Positions 1-13,885 of a DNA stretch of 64,000 nucleotides are shown piece by piece. The stretch lies in assembly GCA_013265495.1 (NCBI GenBank), contig MU058636.1, positions 8,014,295-8,078,294 of the forward strand. Reading direction: 5' to 3'. The translations under genes were made by a program, and so were the position numbers. Numbering within the stretch: position 1 is the stretch's first letter; each line of letters begins with the position of its first letter. This DNA comes from Vicugna vicugna (Eukaryota). The notes under the pieces were generated by a model, which ran no database searches, was not told the origin of the DNA, and saw nothing but the letters and a program-made list of their open reading frames with translations.

Positions 1-3000
1 GATGAATAGTCTACAGGGGGAGACAGAAATCTAAACACATTATTGGTGACAGGTACATTATAGTAACTGTTAGTAAAAGGCCTGGGGGAGGTTTTCTGTA
101 GAAGGGGCTGTGCAGACTCCCTCCTCAACCAGCAGAGGGGCAGGGGGAGGTCGGAGAAGCAATGGCTCTCTCCTGGAGGACACAGGGGTGCAATCCAGGC
201 CTAGGGACAGCGTCAGCATCCTTAAGTTGTCACAAGGACTTACTGCCAGAATCCCTATTTCCACATTGCCTTCTATTTTACCTCTAGTTAGAGTCCCAAA
301 TCCCAAATGGTACCATTCTGATTACCCTTGTCAAGACTGACTCAAAATTTACACACAGTAAAAATGGAATTCTAATCAGGAAAAATTGGAGAAATCCTAA
401 TAGATCACAATTTTTTTGCATTAAAAAAAATCTTACTCTGGGGTGAACATTTTGATATTTGCTTTCCTGATCTGTCCCTCTCTAATTCAGCTAAGAAAGC
501 CTGGAGACGAGGATTTTATTTTTTATGTGGTTACCTTTCTAGGTGGTCCCAAGGGCCTGGTTCAGGGCCTATCACAGGCGGTTTAGGTACAGCAAACACA
601 GAGTAAATGACATTGAGTGAATAACCAAATATAAAAACTTTCTAAAGCAACTATGACATCCACAAAAATCACATTTTAAAACCCCAAGACATAATCAATA
701 CAGTATTAAAAAAATTTCTTTTAAACTCATATTTGCAATAAACTGCATCAATGACCATAGAAAGGAGGTGCCACTTCTTGGAAGTAAGAACCAGGCACCA
801 ACCTGCCATTGTTTGCACAGCAACACCTAATGACTGCTCTACATAAACACATAATAACCAATAAATCCTAAGCGAACCATTTATGTGCACAAAGGTTTGT
901 CTTTGACCAACACCTCATCCAACTTCTGCTCCTAAAAATGAAATTCTACTACTACCAGAAAACAGGGCACGAATGATAAAATGCATCAACAAGTGAAGGA
1001 AAACCACTCGGGACCTGAAATTTTCTTAGCTTAACACAATTTTCTCACATGCATTGGCTTCTAAGAATCTCTCATCATCGGTAATCATCTTTCATGTCAT
1101 TAACCCCTGGCGGCCCCACTTTCTGAACAAGTGGTGTTCATTTCTGTCTAGTCATTTGGAAATTGGAATTCATTTTCTTATAGAAACGATGTTCTCAATG
1201 CTGATAAATTCCGTGGCCAGCCCGTTAAGACCCTCTCAACCTCTAGTACAGGTGGCTTTTAATACCAAATTAGCCCAAATAGGTGATTGCCACCTTTGGC
1301 ATCTGCCAACCTACTTTCTGCAGCAGCCCTTGCCCACGCTTAGGTGTCCCCAATCCTCAACTGTTCTCACGCACAAACCTTTCAATTACCTACTCTTTCT
1401 CCTTCCTCCTCCAAACAAACTCCAGCTATTTCACATGCGATTCTTAGCAAAGAAAAAAGCATGATCCCAGTGTTTGTAAACCACAGACAGCTTTTCACTG
1501 CTGCAGTGCTAAATCCATCTCATGACTGAAGAATACACGTCTCCTATTTATGGTCCCTCAAAGTTAAATCTGAAAAAGGGGGCAAGGAAGTGATCCCACA
1601 TGAAGTATTAAATTTCCCCAAGGAAAAAATTCATATATAAAAATAACCCCACCAGTGATATCAGCTAATCAAGACGAGAAAGAGAGATTTTTTGATATTT
1701 AGTATTTCCATCCAAAAAAGAAATTCAGTGTCTTTTTGGGAAAATCAGAACTTTGTAGGGCTAAGTTTACATTGATTTCATAGGTTAAATTTCTGTCTTT
1801 GAATTAAATATGGGTTAGGGAATGAGGGAGAGAGCCAGGATCTCTTCAGTGTTCAGGACTTCTGAAGTGATATGGCTCCATACACATACATTTATACTTT
1901 TTTAATATTTACGTGTTTTCACTTTAAGTTTTGCATTTAAATTTTATGTCAGTCTCTTTGATTCTTAGAAAACGGTTTTTTAGTTGATTAGACTTCCCAA
2001 TTTAAACTGTATAATTATCTATATTGTACAGGCATGACATTTATACACAGGTTGTATTTTTACATTATATTAACTCTATTAATTCTGAATTACTTAACAG
2101 AACATGATGCCTGTTAAGATGTGATTTAGTTCCGTTGGGTAATACAATGAGCAAGGCACGACAGTGAGGTTCAGCTCTCTGACAAGGCTGATAACAAGCC
2201 CCTCTATACATCCAACCTGACCACAACAGAAGCTCATCTCAGCACCAATCTGGTTTTTCTTTTGTGAGCGTAGTTTGAAACATACACATTAAAACCAGTA
2301 TCAATTCTTCTGTGGCTACTGGTTGGGGGGGGGGAAGGGGGTCAGCATATCGCATTAGCAATTTTCAGTGGAATCGAATTAGAGTTTCATTGTGGTAGCT
2401 GTATCACATTAAAAATCTGCTTTTTTTTTTTTTGCTAAATGGTTTCCATTGTGTATTTAGTGAATCTGATACGGAAAATGGCTAATGCAATAAGAGTATC
2501 ATAGAAGCTTTCCTGACTGTAATGCTCAGCCGCAATATTCAGGAGAAAGAGGCTTAACTGGGCTGGGCTGGGCTGGGCTGGGGGCACCCTCTCCACAGCC
2601 TCTTAACAAGCCCTCAGCTCAAGCTCAACACAGGATTCTCCACAGATGGACTGTTAAGACCTACTGAATTGGGGAAACTCCTCTCTAGGTTTTATTTTAG
2701 AAGAGATCAGGGCTTCAGTGAAAGATGTGTCATTTAATTCGTATTTATTGACTGAGCCCTGGGCAAGGCTCTGTGGTTGGCATGAAGGCAATGAAAAAGA
2801 GAGAGAAAACAGGTCCCTTACTTCTCAGATCTGGAAAGGATCTTCGGAGAAGAAAGAAGTTAGCGTATGAATAATTTAGCACCAGACAAGATGTGGCAAG
2901 AGCGCAAACTGCCAAGAGCCATGGGTCCTCGGAGCAGGACACATGTGCCCTGGGGGGCGGCAGCGCTGGACAGGGCCCTAAAAGCTAAGCGAGAGGCTAA

Positions 3001-5649
3001 CAGGTCTGTGGATTGCTTCAGGGTGGGGAAGCAGGGGAGGCACTTTAGGCCTTGGTGGGAGGAAAGGTGCAGAGTGAGAGGCGAGCCAGGGTATGCACGG
3101 GAAATCACAGTTCTTTAATTGCAGCATAAAACATGGAAGGAGTGGGAGGATAAGCCTGGAAAAGTGGTCTGGGGTCAAGGCTGACAGCAGACACCAGCAG
3201 TGAGTGGTGTTCAGGATGGTTTGGGGTGGGACTTGACAGGACACGGTCCGTGGCTCACTGGCAAGAGTAACACCCAGAGTCCACCGGCCTGACGGCGTCT
3301 AACACTAACAAACATCTTGAAATCTTAACAACGTTAGTTAGCACATGTTTCTTAAGAGACAAAATTTATAAGAATATTTAATTTAAAAGGTTATTTATGG
3401 CCAAGGGATACTTGTTTATTTTTTGTTATGCCCTTACTCATAACATGAACATTTACTAAGTTAACAGAAAAAGAGCTTATACTGTTACAACTACTCATGA
3501 ATTTACTGTTTGTTTTTTTGTTTTTTCCTTTAGAATAACTTTCCAGTGGCAACAGTAACCAAGGAAATATAAATCCAACAGCCTAGAATTACAACTACTT
3601 GAAGAGATTCATGATTTCAATGTACTGCTACATTTACTGTTTTATTCTGGACACTTCCCTGTTTCTGAATTCCTCCATAAATGTTAGAAGTGAAAAGCAG
3701 AAAGTCTGCCCTAAGCTTGGTGAGAGCTTTAAAATTCAATACAGAATGTTCTGCAAATTAAAAAAAAAAATCTTCTTTCTCTTTATACTCTTTACCCTCC
3801 CTTATATCAGGGTACATTTTGTGGATATTATTTCCAACATATTAAAGCAAACATGATGAAACTGCTTTTATTTACTGCAGAGAGAATGGCAGGTATTAAC
3901 TAGTTAGTTGCCTAAGTGCTACAGTGACCACTTATTAAACACCAGCTCTCCGAATACGGCAAAGGAAATTGCACTCTTATTAAAAAGAATCAAACTATTT
4001 GTAAAACTGAAATTGAATATTTTAATCCTTATGAAATAATTTCTTGACAGATTTTTTTTTCCTCCTCCAACTGACCACAAGATTGGAACGGATAAACAGA
4101 TTTGCCAGTTGTTTATTGCTTCTGGACTCCGTAGCAGTATTTCACTAAAAACAACAACAGAAATGTCTCCTCCTTCTCATTCCATGGTCTTTGGCAATCA
4201 GAGACACAGTAGTTGACATCTGTGAATATTTTCTGATTACTCATTAACTGGGGGTATATAAGTAAAAGAAAAAGAGTTTTGAAAAAGGGAGAAAAGTCAA
4301 ATAGCTCTTGCTGACTTTAAAAGATCAATGACGAAGATGTGAAAATTGCAAAGTACTTAGAGGTTTAACCTAAGATTTGTTTATATCTTTGATTTTTAGC
4401 AAACATCGTCCTGATAAAAATGAGTTTGCACAGATCAGGAACATGTTGGCATTCTCTTAAACATAGCTTGAAACCACAGAGCTCAAGCATAAAACAGCTC
4501 TGACAAAGATAGCCAGTCAAGCATAAAAATGGGAGTTGGTTGTGTCAGAATAGATTAACAGGCTGAAGGCTGTCTGCTAAAGACAGTTGTCTTATACCAT
4601 CAATGAAGGTGATCATTACCACTAAAAGTTATTTTCCTGATATATTACTTAAACTTCCATCATAATATATTTTAAATGCTCCTTATTTCTGAATGATTAC
4701 ATCACTTCTTATCTGCAGTGTCCTTCTTGGATAACCACAAACTTGAAAGCGGTCCAAAATCTTGCTCATGGTTTCCTACAAACATAGGGAAACTTACTTA
4801 TCAAACTGTCTATTTGTAGTTAGAAGAATGTGTTTGGGCTTTACTTTTACTTCCTTTATTAAATATAGATCACCATCTCTAAAATGTAAACATCCAGCGG
4901 CATTCCCTCGTACTGACAGGAATCCCGAGGCAGAAGACAGGCCTGAGGATTAACACGTCACTCACTCAGAAGGATGCCCCAGATGCTTGGCTCAGCTATG
5001 GCCAAGGAGGTAGCATTATCAAATGCCTCATGACTTTACAGTTATACTCTATTAGTCCTGCTCAACAGTGCTTCCAAAAGATCATCCGAGAAATCTGGCA
5101 AGCCACTGAAATGGCACTTGTAAACTGGATCAATTAAAAGCAATCCACGGTGTCCGGTGGGTATGTATATGACCGTGAAATACTGGGTAAAGAATTTACG
5201 TGCAATTTTACTCCAAACTAGATTTACATCATTTGCAGGTTATTTCTCAGAAGTACCAGATACAGCCCAGAAACAAGACAACAGAGTATTTCTAAACTAT
5301 CATTTCAAATTTCCACCGTCAAGGGTGGGAGGAGGAAGGAATAGTAACGGGAAGACTTGTCAGCGATTAGCCATCCATAAAAATGCTCCCCCCACCCCGC
5401 CCCGCGCTCCTCCTTCCGATCACAATGCTGGCGTCAGTCAGTCTCCTGTATCTGTTCCCCACCTCGCTCCCCTCCCCTCTGCGGAGAGCTGGCACCGAAT
5501 GGCAGACGAAGGAAAAGACAAACACCCCAGCTCCCAACACAATCCAAGCGCAAGCCCAGAAACACTGGAACAATATTTCTAACTTTTTTTTCTCACTTCG
5601 CGTGCCTCAAAGGTAAGCAGAGTAAAAAAGCCAATGAAATAGAAGGCCA

Positions 5650-7310
5650 GGGAGGCCAGCTGAGTCACAATTAATACCCCCAGCCCGATTTCTCCACTGT
5701 CCTCCCCACCACCTCCGGCCACAGCAAACGGTTACTCAGCTGCAAGTCTGGGTCTCCACGTCGCCCGTCCTCCGTGCTCGGGCCCCGCGCGCTGCGCAGC
5801 CCGGGGACCGACAGAGAGCGCGCAACGCTGCCCACGCCCCGAGGCCACAGCCCCGCACCGCCCGCACCCCCGCCGCGGGACAAGCATCCTCCGACAGATC
5901 CCAGGTGCGGGCTGCCCGGGCCGCTGCAGCCACGAGGAAGGCGCTTTGCCACCTCCCCAGAGCGGTCCCCTGCGGCCCCTCGCCCACCCTGCCCCACCCC
6001 AAACGGGCTCCACCAAGAAGTACTGAGGTGGAGGGTACAAAGAGCCAAGCCACACACCAAAGAGCCTCCAAGACGTCCCTTGTGGAAGAAAAACTTAGCC
6101 GCACACGCATCCACACACGCTCGCGCCCAGCACGCGCCGGGGAGGGCATCTCTTACCTGTCCCCGCGATGCCACTCATCCCTCCCCCCGCCCCAGGTCTG
6201 GCCGCCCCNNNNNNNNNNNNNNNNNNNNNNNNNNNNNNNNNNNNNNNNNNNNNNNNNNNNNNNNNNNNNNNNNNNNNNNNNNNNNNNNNNNNNNNNNNNN
6301 NNNNNNNNNNNNNNNNNNNNNNNNNNNNNNNNNNNNNNNNNNNNNNNNNNNNNNNNNNNNNNNNNNNNNNNNNNNNNNNNNNNNNNNNNNNNNNNNNNNN
6401 NNNNNNNNNNNNNNNNNNNNNNNNNNNNNNNNNNNNNNNNNNNNNNNNNNNNNNNNNNNNNNNNNNNNNNNNNNNNNNNNNNNNNNNNNNNNNNNNNNNN
6501 NNNNNNNNNNNNNNNNNNNNNNNNNNNNNNNNNNNNNNNNNNNNNNNNNNNNNNNNNNNNNNNNNNNNNNNNNNNNNNNNNNNNNNNNNNNNNNNNNNNN
6601 NNNNNNNNNNNNNNNNNNNNNNNNNNNNNNNNNNNNNNNNNNNNNNNNNNNNNNNNNNNNNNNNNNNNNNNNNNNNNNNNNNNNNNNNNNNNNNNNNNNN
6701 NNNNNNNNNNNNNNNNNNNNNNNNNNNNNNNNNNNNNNNNNNNNNNNNNNNNNNNNNNNNNNNNNNNNNNNNNNNNNNNNNNNNNNNNNNNNNNNNNNNN
6801 NNNNNNNNNNNNNNNNNNNNNNNNNNNNNNNNNNNNNNNNNNNNNNNNNNNNNNNNNNNNNNNNNNNNNNNNNNNNNNNNNNNNNNNNNNNNNNNNNNNN
6901 NCATCGCCCGTATTAGTGCGCCGACCTGGAAAGCCGCCAGGAGCCCTGCTCGCGGGCCCGCCCCCGCCCGCCCGCCGCTGCCGCGCGCCCTGGCCGCTCC
7001 CCGAGCCGCCGAGGAGAGCGCGCGCCGCCCGCCCCGCGGCCACGTGCACCGGGAGGCCCGCGCGGCGGGGGCGCCCAGCCCCGGCTGCGTCCGCGTGCTC
7101 CTGAGAGACCCCGGGCTCTCCTCCGTCCGCGATCGAGCCCCCTCGGTGCGGAGGTTCCTCCCGGCGCGGGGCGCCTCGCGGGGCTCCCCCGCCTCCCTGA
7201 GCCTTCCCGCCTCCACCTGGAGCCGGAGGCCCGAGGAAGGCTGCCACCAGAACCACAGACACAGGACCAACGAATCGGTTTGGAACCCTCCCCCTCCCCC
7301 GCCGCGGCTT
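5650..7310 (-). promoter_or_regulatory. SMAD9: CpG island; probable SMAD9 promoter and non-coding exon 1 (transcribed leftwards, so 1-~6150 would be intron 1)
   Basis: Very GC/CpG-rich on both sides of the N gap. Its position just 3' of ALG5 matches mammalian synteny. Minus-strand CGCACTAATACGGGCGATG (6920-6902) resembles the start of the SMAD9 5'UTR as I recall it. There is a minus-strand donor CAG|GTAAGA at 6159-6151, a CACGTG at 7041-7046, and GGCGCC at 7070-7075 and 7170-7175. No SMAD9 coding exon is in the window. Confidence 0.7.
6209..6901. other. Assembly gap (693 N) inside the CpG island
   Basis: Run of N seen directly. Confidence 1.
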
Positions 7311-10300
7311 TCTGACAGGTTTCTGGGCCCTGAGGGTTGCTGTTTACTTCCTGTTTGTTTCTTACTTGCTTTGCAGAGTAAAGGGGATCTCTACACCCAC
7401 CGACAGCGCCAGAGTAACTGGTCTGCAGTGGCACAGGCAGAAGAGAATCTCCTCACTGAGTGGTGAGTGGTGGTTAAAACTAGTCATATAATTTCGTGGA
7501 CTGTCATTTCCTTACCCCTATTTATTTGCTCAACAGCCTAGCATATAATATATACTGTTATCTAATCTAATAAAGAAACAAATTTACGGGCAACTGAGCA
7601 ACGTTAATGGCCAACCTTCCTTGCTCACGGCCTTCTGAGATTAATGTGGACTCCCCTAACCCACTCAGAATACGCGTGGGCCTTTCATCAACATACTGAT
7701 GGCCTTTGAGTCCACAGCAGGCAGCATTTCTTCATAGAAAAGGCATTTACTGCAGAGATGAAAATAGAATAAAGCCACATGGGAGAGTATTCACTTTGGG
7801 CCTGTATGTAGAGGAATCAGTCCTCCAAAAGGCCTAGATACCGCTGAAATGCAAGGCCATGAATTTAAGTGCTTTTTCGTCCTCAGAGCCCTGCACTTTC
7901 TTCCTGTGGTTGATGCCACGTTCGTATTATCATACTGTTGCTGAGCAGTGCATGACCATGTTTAAAACAGTATTTGTGAAAAACAAAACAAAACAACCCC
8001 CAGCATTTGTGGTAGAACTTTAAACTCAAATTTAAATCACCTTTCTACACCTGGCCCATTTTCCTCTGCTCCAGGCTAGGTGTTAAGTTTGGGATTGCTC
8101 TGGGTGTGAAACTCCAGGAAACCTTCAGACTGCTAAGAACTACAGATTGTGCTGGCTGTGCATTTTATTGCAGGTAAACTAATTCGGTTCTCAAAATTGA
8201 TACCATGTGGTTTACTTTTTTTTTTTTAATGTTATTAAGAAAAGAAATGACCCAGCCGCTGCTTCCTTTGCTTAAGTGCATTAGACAATGCAGAGGACAC
8301 AACAGAGCAAGAAATTATAACTTCTCGGTGCTGGCTTGGGCTTCTGACACAGACTTTTTTCAAGTTCACAGAATTCTCTGGGCTCCTGGCAGGACTTGGA
8401 TTTGCAGATTCATTAAGTGTATGCAGTCTGCTTTATCTGTACACCCCCATTTACATACCAAGAAATTTGGGCATTTAGAAGTTAGCCTGTCATTTATACA
8501 ATACCTCACTTATCCCTCAAAGGCAGTGTAGAAGGTTAATCCTTTATAGCCAAGAATAATAAGGTCTGGTGAGTCCGAAGACGGAGAAAATGCCCGCTCT
8601 GGGAAGGAAGGCTCAGTGTTGACACTTCATTTTTCAGAAGCTGAAAATCCTTGCAATAGGAAATCCACACTCTTTGCTTTATTTTTCCCCTCTTGATTTC
8701 TTGATTGGCTGCAATTTTATTCTTGTTTGAACTTCCACCAAAAAACTACATAATGGGAATCACATGAGAGGTGAGACAGTCACAGGGTGTGATTTGGTGG
8801 AAACGCCAGTAAAATTTTGGTTCAAGACCTGAAAACCACAGCAAAACAAGGTCCATCTTTTCTGAATTACAAGAACTTGGCAGAACGTGAGCTCTTGCAG
8901 TCCATGAAGCAGTGGTAGGAAAGGCATCCTCTTTACCCATGAGAGGGTCAGTTCTTTTCACTTGTCACATGCTCTACATAAGGACACAGTTGTGACAAAA
9001 TCTGTAGTAATCCACAGATGGGAAGATTCTGCTTTGTGCAACGGTTGTACCTTATTTTTGATCCAGCGTGATAATGGTTCCACTCAGAGCCATTGGAATT
9101 GCTGCCTACACACCTCTCCCGCTTCTGGTCTCCTTTCTACCTGTCATCTGTAGTTCTGTCTCAGCTCTGCACTTTTTCTGTCCCCTCCCCAACCCCAAAC
9201 TTTCCTTCAAGAGCCATCGTTCATTCCATAACCAGTATTGAATGCTTTCCTAAGTAGCAGGGATCTGGACCAACCGTATCAACACAGAGCCCTCAGTCAC
9301 CTGGGTCTCACTAGGAGAGACACACAGACCATTGGTTCTCATACAACTTCATGTGTCACTAGGGCTGGGGGCACAGGAGGTGTCAGGGAGGTCTCTATGG
9401 AGGTGAAATTCAGCCACAGCTCGAGACGTGAGTATGAATGGCTACCACCCAGATAGCCAAAGGTACTGCCCGCCGCCGCCAACCGCCCACCACCTCGGTG
9501 GGTGTAGCTCTGTAGATGCTGACCCTGAGGCTCTGTTTCATCCAGCCTCCTTGGCCAGACGCTCGGATGCAGGCACAGTCTGCGTGATCATAAAGAGCCC
9601 AGAATGCCAGCTATGTGCAGAATTCGTTGAGGTTTTGAGTATGAAAAATCTGTTTTTCTACAGAACTGTCAAACTACCTGGATAAATAAGAAAAATAATG
9701 TTAGAAGGACGGACGTCACCGAATGCACGCCCTGGGTTTGTGACAAGGGCGTGCTAGAGCCTCTTGGTTTAGTGGCAGAGTGACAGCTCTGTCTCCTGTG
9801 GTGAGAGTCCCGCTGCCAGGACTAGGCCCTGCTTGATGCACGGCATCTTGTTTCACACTCACGACATTGTAGGATGAGAATTCCTATCTGTACTTCACAG
9901 TTAAGGAACATGGGAGGCATAACAAAATGTCCCCGGGTGTCCAGCTCAGAATTCAAACTCTAGTCGTCCGGACTCCAAAGCTCAGGCGTTTAACCATTAC
10001 ACCTCACTGCCTTCCTGGAACTTGAAGTTGAACTGCAAAGTGTTTGAGCAGAGTGTGACATGGGTAGTGACACTGAAGAAGAAAAATCTACAGCCTGTAA
10101 AGTGGAAGTGGGTGGTGGAGAAAAGTTTTAAGAGACAAGAGGTAGGGGACCAATTAGGGAGCCCCTGCAACCATCTAGGCATGAGGTGAGCACTGTCTGG
10201 AGAGGACAGTGTCTGTGTGATTATAGGAAAGGTGGGAGGTGCTGCATTTTATAAACACTGTGAAGGGAAAAAGATCAATAGAATTTGGTTAAAAAACCCA

Positions 10301-10964
10301 AACAACTGGAAGAATCAAGAATCAAAGAAGGGAGAAAAACAATGGGGTTGCGAACAGTGCTGGCGACCATGCTGGGACTGTCAGTCACCAGGAGAGATAG
10401 AATGATGAAGTTTGGGGACTGGAGAGCAATGTCCCTGATCTTCTGGTATGCAGCTCCAGAAGTTGTTGCCATGTGAGAATGGGGCTGGAGTTTCAAGGGA
10501 TAAAAAATATCCAGATTTTTATGGAAAAATCTTAGAATTAAAGATTTTTGCTAAGAATTTTTTTTTAAAGCCAAGCCAAAGAAAACATTTGTGAGTGAAA
10601 TTTGACTAGCAGTTTGCATCCTCTTGAGTTTTGCCCTCTCTCCAGTCCATTTGAGTCTCTTTTTTTCTATAAGAGAGAAACAGTAACTCAGATCATTACT
10701 TAAATCAAGTCAGAGCTTACTTATCTCGGGGAAGCAAAACTCTTCCCCAAATCCATGTAATATTTGTCCTTTCTCCCGCTGTCAAACTTCTCAGTGCGTG
10801 GTTTTTATCTGACTTCTCTTCCTTGTAACCCACAGCTTCTTAACTTCCCCCAATCTGGCTTTTGCCTTCCGTCATCACTGTTAGATTTCAGTGCTGTTCT
10901 AACATTCTCAGAGGTCACTGTGACCTTTCAACTAATAATTCAGTGACTTTTTTTGATCCTCATT

Positions 10965-12143
10965 TTTTAAAAAGTTTTGAAATATGTCTTTATTATTTTA
11001 GTTAACTTAAGGTTACTTTTGTAATTAATTAAATCCATCCATTCATTCAAACTGTTGCTTGGTAGCATGCTATTTAGGGATTAGATGAGACTGACTTTTT
11101 TTAAATCATCTTAAGTCATTTTTAAATGTACAGTTCAGACGTGGTAAATATATTCACATTGTTGTACAACAGATCTCTAGAACTTTTTCATTTTGGAAAA
11201 CTGAAACTCCGTAACCACTAAACAGTAATTACCCCTCCACCTTCCCCCTCAGCTCTTGGCAACTACTTTTCCACTTTCTGTTTCTATGATTCTGACTGTT
11301 TTAGATACTTAACATGAGTGATGTCATTCTGTATATGTCTTTCTGTGACTGCCTCATTTCATTTAGCATAACGTCCTCTCGGTTCATCTATGTTGTACCA
11401 TGTGGTAAGGTTTCCTTCCTTATTAATGCTCTGTAGTATTCCATTGTATGTATGGACCACATTTTCTTTACCCATCCATCATTCAGTGGACATTTGGTGT
11501 GCTTCCTCCTCTTGGTTATTGGGAATAGTGCTGCAGTGAACATGAGTGTGCAAATATCTCTTTTGAGATCCTGCTTTGAATTCCTTTGGATGTGTACCCA
11601 GGAGTGGGACTGCTGGGTCACACAGTAGTTCTGTTTTCAAGTCTTTAAGGAACGTCAATATTGTTTTCCCTATGGCTGCACCATTTTCTGTTCCCACCGG
11701 AATGTGAAGTGCACAAGGGTTTCAGTTTCTCTGCATCCTGGCCAACACTTGTTATTTTCTGTTTTTTTAATAGTGGCCATCCATTCAGTGGGTGTGAGTG
11801 GTATCTCATTGTGGTTTGGGTTTGCACTGCTCTTACTGTTAGTGATGCTGAACATGTTTTCATATGCTTGTTGGATTTTTGTGTATCTTCTTTGGAGAAC
11901 TGTTTATTCAAATCCTTTGCCCAGTTTTTAATCTGGTTATTTGGTTTTCTTGTTGAGTTGTAGGAGTTCCTTGTAGATTATGGAGAATAACCCCTTATTA
12001 GGTATGTGATTTGCAAGTATTTTCTCCCATTCCGCAGGTTGCCCTTGTACTCTGTTGTTTCCTTTGATGTGTAGAAGTTTTTAAGTTTGATGCTGTCCCA
12101 TTTGCCTGTTTTTGCCTTTGTTGCCTGTATTTTTGGTGACATA
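10965..12143 (-). mobile_element. 5'-truncated LINE-1 (ORF2 C-terminus + 3'UTR, L1MA/MB-like) inserted into an L2 remnant
   Basis: ORF-track fragments MNKQFSKEDTQ...MRYH and ICTLMFTAALF...KMWSIHTMEYY are typical L1 ORF2 C-terminus. Direct repeat TTTGATCCTCATT at 10952-10964 and 12144-12156. Confidence 0.85.
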
Positions 12144-12762
12144 TTTGATCCTCATTCTTTGATGCCTCTGCTGCTTTTAAGAAACCCACAGGTTTTGAAC
12201 AAATTAACTGAATAAGTGAACAAATGCAACACATAAAAAGAAGAGAACAGGTAACGTCTAATTCAAATTTCACCTGAGCTCCACCATATTAGGCTTTTCC
12301 TTCACTTGTCTCATTGACACCTACTTTTCCTACAGATCTCAGCTCAAGTGTCACATCCTAGGGAAGCCTTCTTGGTCCTCTCTGACTTGGTTAGAGCCTC
12401 TCTCTCTCTCATTCATAACCAACACTGTTCCAAATTGACTTATATTTAATTACTTGATTAATGTCTGTCTCCTTCAATTAACTGAAATCTGTAAGAGAAT
12501 GAGAGGTGTGCCTGATTTTGTTCTTGTTTACTCCTAACACCTAAAACAGTGCCTGGTGTACAGCAGACGCTCATCAAATACTTGTTAAATGTATGAAGAT
12601 GACTTAGGAGAAGAGAATACAGGAACAGATCCTGACCTAGGATCTGTACCAGGCTTTTGGTATCCCCAGGGCTTAGCAGTGCGAAGCTAGGCGTTCAGTA
12701 TGTACTTACTGAGAGAATGATGGAATGAATGAATGATTTATAAGATATATTTTCTTCTTTCA

Positions 12763-12836
12763 TTTTTTGGAGGAGGTGCTGGGGGTTGAACCCAGGACCT
12801 TCTGCATGGCTTTACCACTTGAACTGTAACCTCCCC
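12763..12836 (-). mobile_element. Short, degenerate tRNA-derived SINE (camelid vic-1-like)
   Basis: Reverse complement reads GGGAGGTTACAGTTCAAGTGGT...GGTCCTGGGTTCAACCCCCAGCACCTCC followed by an A tail (A and B boxes). Confidence 0.75.
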
Positions 12837-13724
12837 GCCAGGGACTGTCTACTTTTGATGCAGCCCCGAAAGCAGGTTTCCCCGACTCCCACGCTGCCAC
12901 TGATCATTGCTGGAGCCTTTTCCCTCCTCTGTCGGATCCTCCCTGGTGGGGAGGAAGTTGCCTACAGCCTCCACGGAGGCTGCAGGGAAGTTTAAGCTCA
13001 CTGCTGTTGTGTGTGAGTTTTCACTGGGATTCCTAGAGGCCACCGGGAGAAGTATTTCCCTGGTGAAAAGTTTCCACTTGGAACATGAAGAACAATTTCT
13101 CCGCAGAAATGGTGCTGCAGAACGTGGTTAGGTGTTACTACAGGCAGGTACAGGGTAGTTCATGTGTCACAGGGACACTCTGCAGGCTGCCCTTCCTGAT
13201 ACTATTTTCATGGGAAAAAGCCTTTGGGTTCCAAACAACCGGTTTGTAAACTGGCTTGGATGAAACCCACTAGTAAGCTGAAGACGGGCTGAGCACTTCC
13301 AGGCGTGCATGGCCACGTGGTTCTACAGGTGAGACTTACAGGTATCAGGCCCTTAAAGTGTAGAGTTCTCAGAGGGCAGGGATCTGTTTCGCTTGCACAT
13401 GTAGAACACTCTGTCACTATATCAAGTGATCCTGGGATGAGTTTCAAATAAAGAAAATATAGCATAGAGAGAGAGAACCCTGGGAATAATTTGAGGCAGA
13501 AACGGTTTCTGTTTTCAAGGAGCTTACTGTCCAATGCAGATGTGACAGTATCACTGTTGAAACTCCTGGAGAGGAGTCATTTTTAGCATACTTACTTTTC
13601 TACATCTTGTCTCTAAAATGTTGTATTTAATGTACTTCTGACACTTTCTATTTACATATCCCAGTTATCAGACCTTGAAAACCTGTAGTATCACAGTCAC
13701 TGAAGAGCGTAGGCCCTGGATCTG

Positions 13725-13885
13725 GCCCAGGGGGGCCAGAATCTCAACTCCACCGTGTCTGAGCTGTGTGACCTTGGGCAGGCAACCCCGTTGTGCCTCG
13801 GTCTCCTCTTCTGCTGTAAAAGTTAGGAGAGACATTAGAGTAGTGGTAGGCACACGGGTAACACTCAATAAATGTTAGATGTTAT
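13725..13885 (+). mobile_element. MIR SINE remnant
   Basis: MIR core: agctgtgtgaccttgggcaggcaa...tgcctcggtctcctcttctgctgtaaaa...cactcaataaatgttag. Confidence 0.7.

Noticed and set aside
5774..7466. Long ORFs (369-432 aa) on both strands
   Set aside because: They are inflated by the N gap and by stop-poor GC-rich sequence, and contain no recognisable protein
11388..12273. Several ORFs resembling L1 ORF2
   Set aside because: Frameshifted fragments of a 5'-truncated dead L1
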